DNA of 64,000 nt. It comes from Verrucomicrobiia bacterium (GTDB lineage: Bacteria; Verrucomicrobiota; Verrucomicrobiia; JADLBR01; JAIBCM01). Positions within the stretch are counted from its first letter, which is position 1. Each line of letters opens with the position of its first letter. A program made the translations under genes and the position numbers. Location of the stretch: assembly GCA_041395165.1 (NCBI GenBank), contig JAWLBA010000001.1, positions 136,068 to 200,067 of the forward strand, in the 5' to 3' direction. The notes under the pieces were generated by a model. It saw only the letters and a list, made by a program, of their open reading frames with translations, was not told the origin of the DNA and did no database searches. Positions 50,389 to 59,871 of the stretch are shown piece by piece.

Positions 50389-51180
50389 TTATTTTGAGCG
50401 CAATTGATTAGCCAGGGCTCGCACGCGATTTACTTCGACGGGTTCAAATAATTGGCCTTTGCGTTTTAATGATGTGCCAACAATAAAGCCGTTCGCATAA
50501 GGGAGGTAGGTTTTGATGTTTTGCAGTGTCACGCCGCTGCCCAAAGCGATAAAAGCTTTTGGGCAACTTTTTCGCACGCGTTGAAGTTCGTCTAAATTAA
50601 CGGGATCTCCTGTGCTGTGACCGGAAAGAATGATGGCATCAACTTTACCGCGTTCGAGTGTGTCGTGAGCGGTTTCTTCGATAGGGAAAGGCGCTAAGGG
50701 TAAAGCATGTTTGACATGGACATCGGCCCAAATTTGGATGTTGGGATTTAACGCTTTTTTCAATCGCAAGGTGTGATAGGCGTCGCCTTCGATGATGCCT
50801 TGATCGGTGAGCATCGCGCCTGTGTGAACGTTAACACGAATGAAATCACCTCCACACGCTGTGGCAATGGCGAGTGCTGCGTGAGCGTCGTTGCGAAGGA
50901 CGTTGATGCCGAGAGGAAGCGAAGTTTCTTGTCGAATGGCGTAAGCGATAGTGGACATGGCGGCAACGGTTTCGGGTGCAACAGAGCTTTTAGTAAAAGG
51001 CGCATCGCCAAAATTTTCCATGATGAGGGCGTGCGCCCCACCTTTTTCGTAAGCTTTAGCATCGCGAATGGCGTGCGCGATGAGGATAGGAAGATTGTGC
51101 GACCAATCGGGTGATCCGGGTAAGGGACCGAGATGGATGACGCCGATTAATCGTTTTTGATTTAAAGTTAAGTTCATCAT
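50389..51180 (-). CDS. BtpA/SgcQ family protein
   Basis: [14 protein letters not shown] ... ENFGD.PF pattern. Size is 263 aa. Confidence 0.8.
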   Translation of the reverse strand: MMNLTLNQKRLIGVIHLGPLPGSPDWSHNLPILIAHAIRDAKAYEKGGAHALIMENFGDAPFTKSSVAPETVAAMSTIAYAIRQETSLPLGINVLRNDAHAALAIATACGGDFIRVNVHTGAMLTDQGIIEGDAYHTLRLKKALNPNIQIWADVHVKHALPLAPFPIEETAHDTLERGKVDAIILSGHSTGDPVNLDELQRVRKSCPKAFIALGSGVTLQNIKTYLPYANGFIVGTSLKRKGQLFEPVEVNRVRALANQLRSK

Positions 51181-51203
51181 TGTGATTTAATTTGTTTTTA
51201 TTT

Positions 51204-52586
51204 CTATTTTTTTGTCGAGCTCCATTTTTCACCTAATTGCGGGAATCGACATTGTTGACAATTACTACGATCTTGTGCGCAAAACGAGTGAAAGATTTGC
51301 AGTAGTCCCTGTTGCTCCAAAGCGGTGCGAGGTTTGAAGGAGTTGTTTGGAAAAAGTCTTTGAGCGGTTAAGCGAACGAGAAGATTGGAAGAAGAAGTTT
51401 TTAATTTTTCAATAGGGTTTATGTTTCGGTAATCATGGGCCATGAACCAGGGGAAGACAAGGTTGATTAAAATTTCGTGGATGCGATCTTTGCCAATCAA
51501 CGCAATCGGTGAGGGCAATGTTTTTGATTTTAAGGTGGCATGGTAAGAAAAGAAAGGGTGTCGAAGCGAAGCTAAAATTTTTGCAAATGCGTCTGAGGAC
51601 TGTTTTTCCAGAGCGGTTTTTAGCGAGTTAAAGTGGTGAGCGATTTCGGCCAAGGCGGCTAAGCGTCGTTGGGGATGGTTAATAGGACGCGTTTTTTGAA
51701 AGTGCCAAAGGTGCGAGGGCAGGGTTTGGATTTTTAAAGCCCACCAACGTCGCCAAAGTGATTGGATGTAGCGTTTGTTTTCATTTTTCCAGGAAGTGGT
51801 TTCGATTGTTGGCAAAAAACCGGCTGTGCCAAAGAGCATGGCTTCTCGGTCGCGTGGTGACAATTTTTTTAATTTTGAGATGGGACAAAGGCGGGCTAGT
51901 AGCCGAAAAGGAATTTTATTTTCTTTGTAGCCCAAGGTTTCGGCGAGATGTTCCCAAAGTGTTTGAGAAGTGCCGTCGTGTTGGATTTGAGCAAAAATTT
52001 TATTCGCTTTGAGATGAAGTCGATGCCAACCGGCTTCTTGAAGTATTTGGCGAACGTGTGTTGGGGGTAGATTTTTTAGCGCGTGAGAACAGATGCCTGG
52101 GGTTGCTAGGGGTAAGGGAGCGGTTGCCATTTCAGGCAGTTGATGGAGTAAAGAAGGGAAATCAACGGGCAGTTGATCGCTGAGGCAGAGGGTGGGAATG
52201 TGTCGACCATTCTCTAGCTGAATCGGTTCTTTTCCATGCCAAGTGATGTGTAGAATGAGTTGGTTGTAACGCGGATCGATATGATGCCGATGTTGTTTCC
52301 AATCGGAGGCGTGGATATGAAATTCAATATCACCATGATGAATGGTTCCAGTGGAATCTTGAAACGAGGCATCGCGAAAATCGGGACCTGGTTCATGATT
52401 CCACCATCCGGTTTGAAGAATTTGGATGGGTTGACCGTCTGAAGTAGTAAGTTGGTGAGGCAGTTGATGTTCGAACCAAAGATGTTGCAGCTGTAGTTCG
52501 GTAATCATTTTTTCTTCAAAGAAGTGATGAAGACAACGAGAGAAAAAAGTGGAAGAAAAATTGGGAAGCGAATAGTGTTTCGCCAT
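51204..52586 (-). CDS. DUF2851 family protein
   Basis: N-terminal pattern LQHLW......L.T..G..I.IL..G..N...GPDF..A....I..GDIE.H...SDW..H.H. The start may be the internal ATG at 52508. Confidence 0.7.
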   Translation of the reverse strand: MAKHYSLPNFSSTFFSRCLHHFFEEKMITELQLQHLWFEHQLPHQLTTSDGQPIQILQTGWWNHEPGPDFRDASFQDSTGTIHHGDIEFHIHASDWKQHRHHIDPRYNQLILHITWHGKEPIQLENGRHIPTLCLSDQLPVDFPSLLHQLPEMATAPLPLATPGICSHALKNLPPTHVRQILQEAGWHRLHLKANKIFAQIQHDGTSQTLWEHLAETLGYKENKIPFRLLARLCPISKLKKLSPRDREAMLFGTAGFLPTIETTSWKNENKRYIQSLWRRWWALKIQTLPSHLWHFQKTRPINHPQRRLAALAEIAHHFNSLKTALEKQSSDAFAKILASLRHPFFSYHATLKSKTLPSPIALIGKDRIHEILINLVFPWFMAHDYRNINPIEKLKTSSSNLLVRLTAQRLFPNNSFKPRTALEQQGLLQIFHSFCAQDRSNCQQCRFPQLGEKWSSTKK

Positions 52587-52643
52587 ATTCAGAATTGTAG
52601 TCCAAAGAAAAATGATTTAACAAGAGATTAAGTTAAAAATATC

Positions 52644-53810
52644 ATGCGATTTTATTTTTTTATTCTCAGTTTTATTTTAGTTGGCTTTCAGACGATAGCT
52701 GTGTCTGAGACCCGAACGCCTTCTCATTTGGTAAATAACGATTTGGCTGATCCAGCCAATGAGCCAATTGTCAAAGTGGTTAAAAAAATGATTCCGGTGG
52801 TGGTTAATCTTAGCACGGAAAAATTGGTGGTGCGCGCGTTTGTGGATCCGTTGGATGATGTTTTTAATCAGTTTTTTAATGGGCCGGTTTTTAATCGAAA
52901 AAATCCATCTACCATTAAAATTTTGGGTAGCGGTTTTTTGATTGATGAAGAGGGTTATTTGTTAACGAATGAGCAGGTGGCGGAGCGCGCAGCGGATTTA
53001 AAGATGAAGGTGACCACGGCGAATGGGAAAACTTATGATGGGAAGTATATTTATGGAGATGCGGATCGCGATTTGGCGTTGATTAAAATAGTTCGCGAAG
53101 AAAAAGTGGAAAAAGAAAAATTTCCTTTTTTCGATTTGCAACAGTTGTCTTCAAATTATTTAGGGCAGACGGTGATTGCTTTGGGTAATCCGTTGGGTGA
53201 TCAAAGTTCGATTCGGGCCGGTATTTTGAGCGGAAAAGGTCGCACGGTGGGCTCGATTTCGGGATTGTTGCAAACGGAGGCAATCGTCAATCCGGGAAAT
53301 AGCGGCGGGCCGTTGGTCGATATTGCTGGAAAGTTGGTGGGGATGAGTTCGATGAAGGTTGGCTATACGCAAAATGGTGTGACGGAAAATCGAAGTTTTG
53401 CCATTCCAGGGGATGTGGTGGCCGATTGGGCGAAGAATGCTTTGGCGATTGCGCGAGGCGAGAAAAAACCGGCTCAGCCAGTGAGTCCCCGAGATGTGTT
53501 AAAGGAAAGATTTGGGTTAGAGGTTCAGGATTTAACGCCGGATTTGGCCAAGACTTTGGGATTTAGTAAGGTGGATGGAGTTTTGATTACTAACGTGCAA
53601 AAAGAAAGTCCGGCTGAAAAAGAGGGCATAACTAAAGGAATGGTTTTGCAGGGAGTGGGGCGTTATTTGACGCCGGCGGTTCATGCAATTCCTCAGGAAA
53701 TCACTTTTATTAAGCCGGGAAATCCCATCTCTTTAGTGGTGGCGAAACCGATCAAGCAAGGATCAGTTTTAGTTCAGCAAAATGTCGAAGTGCAATTAGT
53801 GGCGCGTTAA
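52644..53810 (+). CDS. htrA: HtrA/DegP-family serine protease with PDZ domain
   Basis: Signal peptide, trypsin-like core with GNSGGPL, and a C-terminal PDZ-like region. Confidence 0.88.
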   Translation: MRFYFFILSFILVGFQTIAVSETRTPSHLVNNDLADPANEPIVKVVKKMIPVVVNLSTEKLVVRAFVDPLDDVFNQFFNGPVFNRKNPSTIKILGSGFLIDEEGYLLTNEQVAERAADLKMKVTTANGKTYDGKYIYGDADRDLALIKIVREEKVEKEKFPFFDLQQLSSNYLGQTVIALGNPLGDQSSIRAGILSGKGRTVGSISGLLQTEAIVNPGNSGGPLVDIAGKLVGMSSMKVGYTQNGVTENRSFAIPGDVVADWAKNALAIARGEKKPAQPVSPRDVLKERFGLEVQDLTPDLAKTLGFSKVDGVLITNVQKESPAEKEGITKGMVLQGVGRYLTPAVHAIPQEITFIKPGNPISLVVAKPIKQGSVLVQQNVEVQLVAR

Positions 53811-53878
53811 GCGGTAATTTTGCCAACAACACATTTTTCTTTAGTGGAAAATTGCTGTCAATTGATGCTGAGAATTTA

Positions 53879-54184
53879 TTAAAAACTTATAGGTGGAACT
53901 ATAATTTCCGTTCCTTTTGACTCTAAGCCGTCTGGTGAGATAGCACGGTTTGGAGTTTGTTTTGAAGCCGCCGCCGCTTGATCAAGTTTTTCTTGTTCTC
54001 TAAATTCTTTGCCATATTCACCTTCTGGATCGCAAATTAGCTCTGAATCTTGGCAATAAGGCTCTAATAATGTTTCTAATGTATCTCTACGCTGAAGAGC
54101 GGGATCTGGTTCAATCGGTAAACCGGTTTGAGGATCTATAATGCCGCTTGTTTTGCCCTGTGGGTCTCCCTTTGATATACTCAT
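53879..54184 (-). CDS. hypothetical protein (101 aa)
   Basis: ORF only. Acidic and Pro-rich, no motif recognised. It abuts the IS200 element. Confidence 0.35.
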   Translation of the reverse strand: MSISKGDPQGKTSGIIDPQTGLPIEPDPALQRRDTLETLLEPYCQDSELICDPEGEYGKEFREQEKLDQAAAASKQTPNRAISPDGLESKGTEIIVPPISF

Positions 54185-54185
54185 A

Positions 54186-54760
54186 AAGGGAGTTTACACC
54201 ATTTTTTAGAAAAAGCAATAGATACCCACGGGTAAACCCGTGGTTCTTTGGGAAATTACAGCTCCAAACGGAGCTGACCTGAATCCTGGCGGCCTTGATG
54301 TTCCACATATCGTTTAATTGTTTGTTCATCGATGCCTACGCTGCTGACGAAGTAGCCTGGCGACCAGACCACATTTTCTTGCCAATATACCTTTTGGAGC
54401 CATTCAAAAGCTTTTCTCATTTTGCTCGCCGATTGGCTTTTCAATTGAGCCATCACTACCGCAATACTATACTTAGGTGCTATGATCATCACCATATATA
54501 AATGATCTTGATCAAAGCCAATCGTCTCCACCTCTACGCCAGGCATACTCCGTAGCAGCTTGGGCATTACTTTTCTCAAATACTCACAGACCCCAGGCTT
54601 CAGGATCCGTCGGCGATATTTGCATACCCATACCACGTGATATTTCAACCCATAAACACTATGCCCAGTCTTAACATATTCCATCCCTACATTATATCGC
54701 CGACGGGCTCATTCACCCACGCTTAAAAGCGTGGTGCTCTGTCTGCGATCGCATAGATAT
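54186..54760 (-). mobile_element. IS200/IS605-family insertion sequence (tnpA only); boundaries approximate
   Basis: A Y1 transposase ORF is flanked by two similar bulged hairpins, acccacggg-taaa-cccgtggt (54224-54244) and cacccacgc-ttaaaa-gcgtggtg (54714-54736). Confidence 0.75.
54256..54684 (-). CDS. tnpA: IS200/IS605 family Y1 (HUH) transposase TnpA
   Basis: YHVVWVCKYRR, the HLYMVM (HUH region), and C-terminal SPGYFVSSVG with the Y motif. Size is 142 aa. Confidence 0.92.
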   Translation of the reverse strand: MEYVKTGHSVYGLKYHVVWVCKYRRRILKPGVCEYLRKVMPKLLRSMPGVEVETIGFDQDHLYMVMIIAPKYSIAVVMAQLKSQSASKMRKAFEWLQKVYWQENVVWSPGYFVSSVGIDEQTIKRYVEHQGRQDSGQLRLEL

Positions 54761-54772
54761 TCCACAGTTAGT

Positions 54773-55909
54773 TTAATTTTCTATTTCCCCAAAAACACAT
54801 TTTCCTTGATGCACGGTGGCTAATAAGTGGGGGTGGGGTTGATCGGTAACAAGGCAAAAATTGGCTTCGTTATTTTTCTCAATGGCGTGAGAATTTAATC
54901 CCAACCATTGCGCCGGCCGCGTGGAGTAAGCGTCCCACATTTCTTGCCAGGGTTTGTTTGATAATTGTGCCGCGCGAAAAACGGTTTCAAAGGGGGTTAA
55001 GGTGGAACCGGCCAGTTTTTGAGTTTTAGTTTGTCGTGCTTGCCCTTCTTTACTGCGGGTGATTTCAATTTCGCCGAGGGTGTAATGACCTGCCGCTGCG
55101 CCTGCTGCGGCTGTGGCATCAGTGGTAAGGAGCAAACGGTTCTTTAGCGCTTTCGCTAAAACGGAAAAAACGTGGGGTGGCAAGTGGATGCCGTCAGGAA
55201 TTAAAGAGCAAAATAATTCGGGTTGTGCCAAAGCGTGAAAAATGGGGTTTTCAAATTTGTGAATTTTTTGAGGTAACCCGTTTCCTAAATGGGTCCAACC
55301 TGTTGCGCCGGCTTTGATGGCTTGTTGTAAAAGAGTGTCGGTGGCGGATGAATGGCCGATGGCGACACGGATATTTTGTTGAGTGAGGTATCGGATAAAA
55401 GGGAGCGATTTTTGGGGTTCGATTTCAGGCGCAAGGGTGATCAAACGGATTGCGTTATTAGACACCGATTGCCATTTTTTGAAAAGGCTAAGATTACAGG
55501 GTTTCATCCATGCGGGATTGTGAACTCCGTGATAATCAGTATGGGGATTTAAAAAAGGGCCTTCCAAATGGAAGCCCATGCAATTATAAGAATTTTGCTG
55601 AAAAAGTTTTTCTAAATTTTTTAATAAAATTTCTAAACTTTCAGTGCTGTTAGTGATTAGGGTTGCAAGAAAATGAGTGCAACCTTGTTTATAAAGTATC
55701 TGACAAACCTTTTGCCAATCTTGTTCAGAGATAGGCCGGTTAAAATCCATTCCACCAAATCCATTGATCTGAATATCAACTAAACTGGGAGCAATCCAAG
55801 GTATTGTTCTGGATGAAGAGGTTAAAATTTTTAGGCGAGAATATTTTTTTTCTTTAATTTCAATTTGTAGCAATTGTTGAGTTTTATAGTGGCGCGCAAT
55901 GAATTTCAC
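54773..55909 (-). CDS. nagA: N-acetylglucosamine-6-phosphate deacetylase
   Basis: DIQINGFGG.DFN, HLEGPFLN, IGHS.A and TDA motifs. Confidence 0.88.
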   Translation of the reverse strand: MKFIARHYKTQQLLQIEIKEKKYSRLKILTSSSRTIPWIAPSLVDIQINGFGGMDFNRPISEQDWQKVCQILYKQGCTHFLATLITNSTESLEILLKNLEKLFQQNSYNCMGFHLEGPFLNPHTDYHGVHNPAWMKPCNLSLFKKWQSVSNNAIRLITLAPEIEPQKSLPFIRYLTQQNIRVAIGHSSATDTLLQQAIKAGATGWTHLGNGLPQKIHKFENPIFHALAQPELFCSLIPDGIHLPPHVFSVLAKALKNRLLLTTDATAAAGAAAGHYTLGEIEITRSKEGQARQTKTQKLAGSTLTPFETVFRAAQLSNKPWQEMWDAYSTRPAQWLGLNSHAIEKNNEANFCLVTDQPHPHLLATVHQGKCVFGEIEN

Positions 55910-55966
55910 CGGAAGCTGAACCTTATTTAGCCAAGTTTTTAAGTCAACTCTTCTTATTGAGTCGGC

Positions 55967-55995
55967 TTGACAACGTTATCTTAAAGTGTTGATAT
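55967..55995 (+). promoter_or_regulatory. sigma70-like promoter upstream of the first Ala-rich family gene
   Basis: TTGACA (55967-55972), a 17-nt spacer, then TGATAT (55990-55995). Confidence 0.35.
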
Positions 55996-56019
55996 AAGTT
56001 TTAAATATAAAATATTATT

Positions 56020-56679
56020 ATGAATGCATTAGCTCGTTTTCTTGCCAAGTTAGCTGCTCGCGCCCCTAAAGGTGGTCGTATTTTATTAACTCCTGCGGAA
56101 ATTAATGCTGCGGCAGCAAAAAATCTGGTCGAAGCAAAAGAAGCTTTGAGACAGGCTGAGGAGGCCTTGAGGAAATTTCAAGCAGGATCAGAAATAGTGG
56201 TGGATTCGGAGCAATTTGGAAAACTGGTGGTTGAAATAGAACGAGCCGATGCGCTTGTTGCTGATGCTGATGCTGCTTTCACTGCAGCTAAGGAACTTGA
56301 AGAAGCTGTTAAAACAGGAGATAGTATTTTTCGTCTTGGGGGCTCGGGTATGGGTATTAATGATATTCATGAGCAACAACATGCTGTACCGGCTAATCAT
56401 GATCTGGCTCCTGGAACTTATGAACAGGTTAGTCTTGATGGGATTGGGCTTGGTGCACTAGCCACTCTTGCTATTTACTACGGTTCCGAGGCTCTAAACG
56501 CTGTCAATAAACCCATGACTGATAAAATAATAGAGGAACTTCAACAACCTAGCGCCAAACTTAACCAAGCGATGAGAGCGGCTGACGATTCAGAAACTGA
56601 AAGGTTAAGTGGTAGCATTTGGAATAGAGTAACGATTCCTTCAGTGCCCAGCGCAGTAGCTGCTGCATTGAAGCCGTAA
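56020..56679 (+). CDS. Ala-rich helical protein, family A member 1 (219 aa)
   Basis: N-terminus MNALARFLAKLAARAPKGGRILL and C-terminus ..RLSGSIWNRVTIPSVPSAVAAALKP. See findings. Confidence 0.65.
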   Translation: MNALARFLAKLAARAPKGGRILLTPAEINAAAAKNLVEAKEALRQAEEALRKFQAGSEIVVDSEQFGKLVVEIERADALVADADAAFTAAKELEEAVKTGDSIFRLGGSGMGINDIHEQQHAVPANHDLAPGTYEQVSLDGIGLGALATLAIYYGSEALNAVNKPMTDKIIEELQQPSAKLNQAMRAADDSETERLSGSIWNRVTIPSVPSAVAAALKP

Positions 56680-56757
56680 TGGTCAATTTTTTTGGATTTT
56701 TTAATAATTTAATCTTGTTTTGAAGGCGTTATTTTTTAAAAATAACTTAGCTGCTTT

Positions 56758-57540
56758 ATGAGTGCTGTTATTATTACTCGAGTTGCAGAAAAGGTTCTTG
56801 AGCGTGCTGTGGCTTCACGGGTTGCAGCAGGCGCAACGGTAAGCGCTGTTGCCCGAGCGGCTGCACAAAGAACAGCAACGATTGCTGCTTCAGCAGCGAA
56901 TGAAGTAGTAGGAAAATTAATCGCTTCTGGTAGTAGGAGGGCCATGGTTGAGGCATTGGCCCAAAGGTCTGCAATAATTGATAGAATGGTGACGAATGCT
57001 TCTAAAAAAGCTGCTGCGCAAGGTGCTAGTTACACAGAAATTCGAGAGATAGAACGTGTTACAAGAGAGGCAGCGACCAAGGCGTTCCAGGAAGCTAATA
57101 CTTTTATCACCAATAATACCGCAGAGTCGGTGCCGCTAGAATTACTGAGGAAACATCAGGAGAGAATCGTTGAAATTGCTGCAGAAGGGGCGGTTGAGAG
57201 TTCTTTATCACCTGCCCATCTTGTTGGAGGAGTTATTGGATTTGTTCCTTTGCCAGGGTGGGATATTCTTGAATCGAAGGTTATTGAACCTGCTATTGAT
57301 AACATTTTAATTCCTGCTGCTTTAGCTGTGGTTCCGGGCTCTGGAGCTGCTAACGAAATGCTAACCAATCATCAAGAAGTAGAATCCATTCTTAAAGATC
57401 TTCGCAGGACAGATGATGAAGAGATTGATGCTGGGCTTCGTGAAAGAAATATGACTGATGTTTGGGCTGCTGCGGGTGGTAATACGCCTTCTGTCAATCA
57501 GTCAGCGCCTTCTCAAAATGGAGTTTCTCCAGGGATATAA
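56758..57540 (+). CDS. Ala-rich helical protein, family A member 2 (260 aa)
   Basis: N-terminus MSAVIITRVAEKVLERAVASRV and C-terminus ..RERNMTDVWAAAGGNTPSVNQSAPSQNGVSPGI. Confidence 0.65.
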   Translation: MSAVIITRVAEKVLERAVASRVAAGATVSAVARAAAQRTATIAASAANEVVGKLIASGSRRAMVEALAQRSAIIDRMVTNASKKAAAQGASYTEIREIERVTREAATKAFQEANTFITNNTAESVPLELLRKHQERIVEIAAEGAVESSLSPAHLVGGVIGFVPLPGWDILESKVIEPAIDNILIPAALAVVPGSGAANEMLTNHQEVESILKDLRRTDDEEIDAGLRERNMTDVWAAAGGNTPSVNQSAPSQNGVSPGI

Positions 57541-57851
57541 GAAGTTTTATTGGCAAAAAATACTGCCTATTGCTCGTGAAATAGGCTTGGAAAAATACGA
57601 GCTGGTAAAAGTCATCAATTCAAGTTAGGACGAGTTTTGAAATAATATTCACTCTCAAATTTGACAAATTTCAATTGTGTGGTTCATTGCCTTTAAATTG
57701 GTTTTAAAATTAGTTTTATTATTAAAACATAAATTAAGTGTGTTAAATTTGTATGTCGATTTTCGTTTATATTAGAATATTGGCTCAAGGATTAGTAAAA
57801 TTGAGTTGGCATGCTGGTGAATGCGTGTAACACATTATTATTAAATATTTT

Positions 57852-58016
57852 ATGTCTTATGAATTTTGGTGCCCTAAAGCTTCTTTTCTAAAAGAAACAA
57901 GTGATGTCACGAGAAGAGTACAAGAAAAAATCCGATTGGGTGAAGTTAGCCACCGGGGAAAGACGGTTGGTCACAAGTGCTATTTTGGAAGGTTAGAAAT
58001 TCCATGGCATAAATAA
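57852..58016 (+). CDS. possible small ORF (54 aa, two Cys)
   Basis: An ATG..TAA ORF I translated by hand inside a 540-bp AT-rich gap: MSYEFWCPKASFLKETSDVTRRVQEKIRLGEVSHRGKTVGHKCYFGRLEIPWHK. It is below the ORF-track cutoff. Confidence 0.2.
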   Translation: MSYEFWCPKASFLKETSDVTRRVQEKIRLGEVSHRGKTVGHKCYFGRLEIPWHK

Positions 58017-58083
58017 TTAGTAATAATTTTTAATCTTTAATATTTTTATTTGAATTTTTAGAAAGTAATATTTAATTAAACTT

Positions 58084-58587
58084 ATGTCTGTTCCTAAACA
58101 ACAAATGAAAGAAATGGTAATGATTTCTCCCTTAACAGTTGTTGCGGGAGTTACGGCGGCTGCGACGGCAATTCGTGGAGCGCTTGGTATTCGACAGGCT
58201 TGGACGGCATTTCGTTTAAGTGCTGCAACTCGAACGAGAATGTTGGAAACAGCAAGTCGCGGAGGGGAAGCTTCTAATTTGGCTGTGGGAACGATACGAA
58301 TGGGAAGCCTGGGTAAGGAAAAGGCGATTTCCGCAGCAGGTTACTCAATTGCTGCGGCTGTAACGGGTAGTGTAGCGGCTATTACGGCGATTAATGATAA
58401 TAAGGATAGTATTATGCCTGGGGTTCAGGCGCGTGCGGAAGTGGCTTTTAGTAATGCAGAAAATCGGACGATGGATAACGCAGAAATCAATCGTGGAAAC
58501 ATGGAAGGAATCTGGAAAGCGGCTGCTAATGGTTCTCCAGCTCCTGTGACCTCACCAACGCCTCAACAGAGTTCTCCAACTCCTTAG
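58084..58587 (+). CDS. Ala-rich protein, family A member 3 (167 aa)
   Basis: Gly/Ala-rich hydrophobic stretches and C-terminus ..NRGNMEGIWKAAANGSPAPVTSPTPQQSSPTP. Confidence 0.6.
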   Translation: MSVPKQQMKEMVMISPLTVVAGVTAAATAIRGALGIRQAWTAFRLSAATRTRMLETASRGGEASNLAVGTIRMGSLGKEKAISAAGYSIAAAVTGSVAAITAINDNKDSIMPGVQARAEVAFSNAENRTMDNAEINRGNMEGIWKAAANGSPAPVTSPTPQQSSPTP

Positions 58588-58653
58588 CGTTTTGGAAACA
58601 AACAAAAAGTTTGAGGGTTGACTAAGTTTTTCATTCAAAGTTAATCTTGTTTC

Positions 58654-59427
58654 GTGCTACGAAACATCAAGCGATTGTTTTTCGGCAAGAACTCCAACTC
58701 TCATTATAAAAAAGAATCGAAGGAGGAGATTTGGAAGGAGATCGCCAAAAAAAAGCGATGTTTTGCTTCTTATCATTATATTCGAGGAGAAGGCATTGAG
58801 ATTGGCGGGTTGCATCAGCCCTTAAAAACTTATCATGGAGCCAAAGTGTGCTATGTCGATCGACTTAGCACGAAGGAGGTACAGCAATTCTATTCGGATG
58901 TCGTTGATCAACCTAAGGTGACTGTGGATTTGGTAGATGATGGTGAACGTTTGGCGAAAGTGGCAGATGAGAGTTGCGATTTCGTGATTGCGAATCATGT
59001 GATAGAACATTGTCGCAACCCGATTGGTGCCATTTTTCACATGTTGCGCGTTTTAAAACCGGAAGGCGTTTTATATTTGGCGATTCCTGATAAGCGTTTC
59101 ACGTTTGATAGAGATCGAAAAATTACGCCATTTGAACATTTGAAACGGGATTATGAAGAAGGCCCCGAAGTTTCGGATCGTGAACATTATGAAGAATGGT
59201 TGCGAGTGATCGAGCGAGTGAAAGATCACGAAAAATTACAGCGTCGCATTGAAAAATATATTGAAAAACAGGTTAATATTCATTTTCATGTCTGGACCCA
59301 ATGCGAAATTTTGGAAATGTTTTTGCGAATGAAACAGGATTACCATTTCCCGATTGAAATGGAGTTCATTGAGAAAAATGGATTAGAAATTATTGTCGTA
59401 GTTCGCAAGGCAGCGATTAGCAATTAG
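58654..59427 (+). CDS. class I SAM-dependent methyltransferase
   Basis: Motif I-like GIEIGG, then DFVIANHVIEH and LKPEGVLYLAIP. GTG start. Confidence 0.75.
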   Translation: MLRNIKRLFFGKNSNSHYKKESKEEIWKEIAKKKRCFASYHYIRGEGIEIGGLHQPLKTYHGAKVCYVDRLSTKEVQQFYSDVVDQPKVTVDLVDDGERLAKVADESCDFVIANHVIEHCRNPIGAIFHMLRVLKPEGVLYLAIPDKRFTFDRDRKITPFEHLKRDYEEGPEVSDREHYEEWLRVIERVKDHEKLQRRIEKYIEKQVNIHFHVWTQCEILEMFLRMKQDYHFPIEMEFIEKNGLEIIVVVRKAAISN

Positions 59428-59453
59428 CCGTTAGTTAGTAGCTTTAGCTTTTC

Positions 59454-59840
59454 CTAAAGTTCACCCCGTGCAATGGCTGCTTGCCGCGCTTGTTCAGCTT
59501 CCGCAGTGCGTTCCGAAGCTTTTTTGGTCATCCAAGCTTCCCAAGATTTTCCGTTCGCGGTGTCTTCGCCCGTGAAAGCGATGCCTACGATTTGAGAGTA
59601 ATTCAAGGTAAGTGGCGTGGAATTGCCTTTTACAAAAACTTCGACTTGTTGCTGGTCTGTGTCTCGATTGAAAAGGTAGCCTTCCATGACCTGATTGTCT
59701 TTCAAAGTTAAAGTGACATCGCCGCGATAATCAAAGGCTTGATCAATAGCTTCTGAAGTTTCTTGAAGGGAGGCGGGTTGAAAATTTCTGCCTTGAAGCG
59801 ATGCTTCACGATGGCCGTGGGTTTTAATATCTTGTGGCAT
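59454..59840 (-). CDS. hypothetical protein (128 aa)
   Basis: Clean ORF with a C-terminal Ala/Arg-rich helix. No motif recognised. Confidence 0.5.
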   Translation of the reverse strand: MPQDIKTHGHREASLQGRNFQPASLQETSEAIDQAFDYRGDVTLTLKDNQVMEGYLFNRDTDQQQVEVFVKGNSTPLTLNYSQIVGIAFTGEDTANGKSWEAWMTKKASERTAEAEQARQAAIARGEL

Positions 59841-59871
59841 AAACTCAATAAAAGAAAATGGGTGAAAAGCA

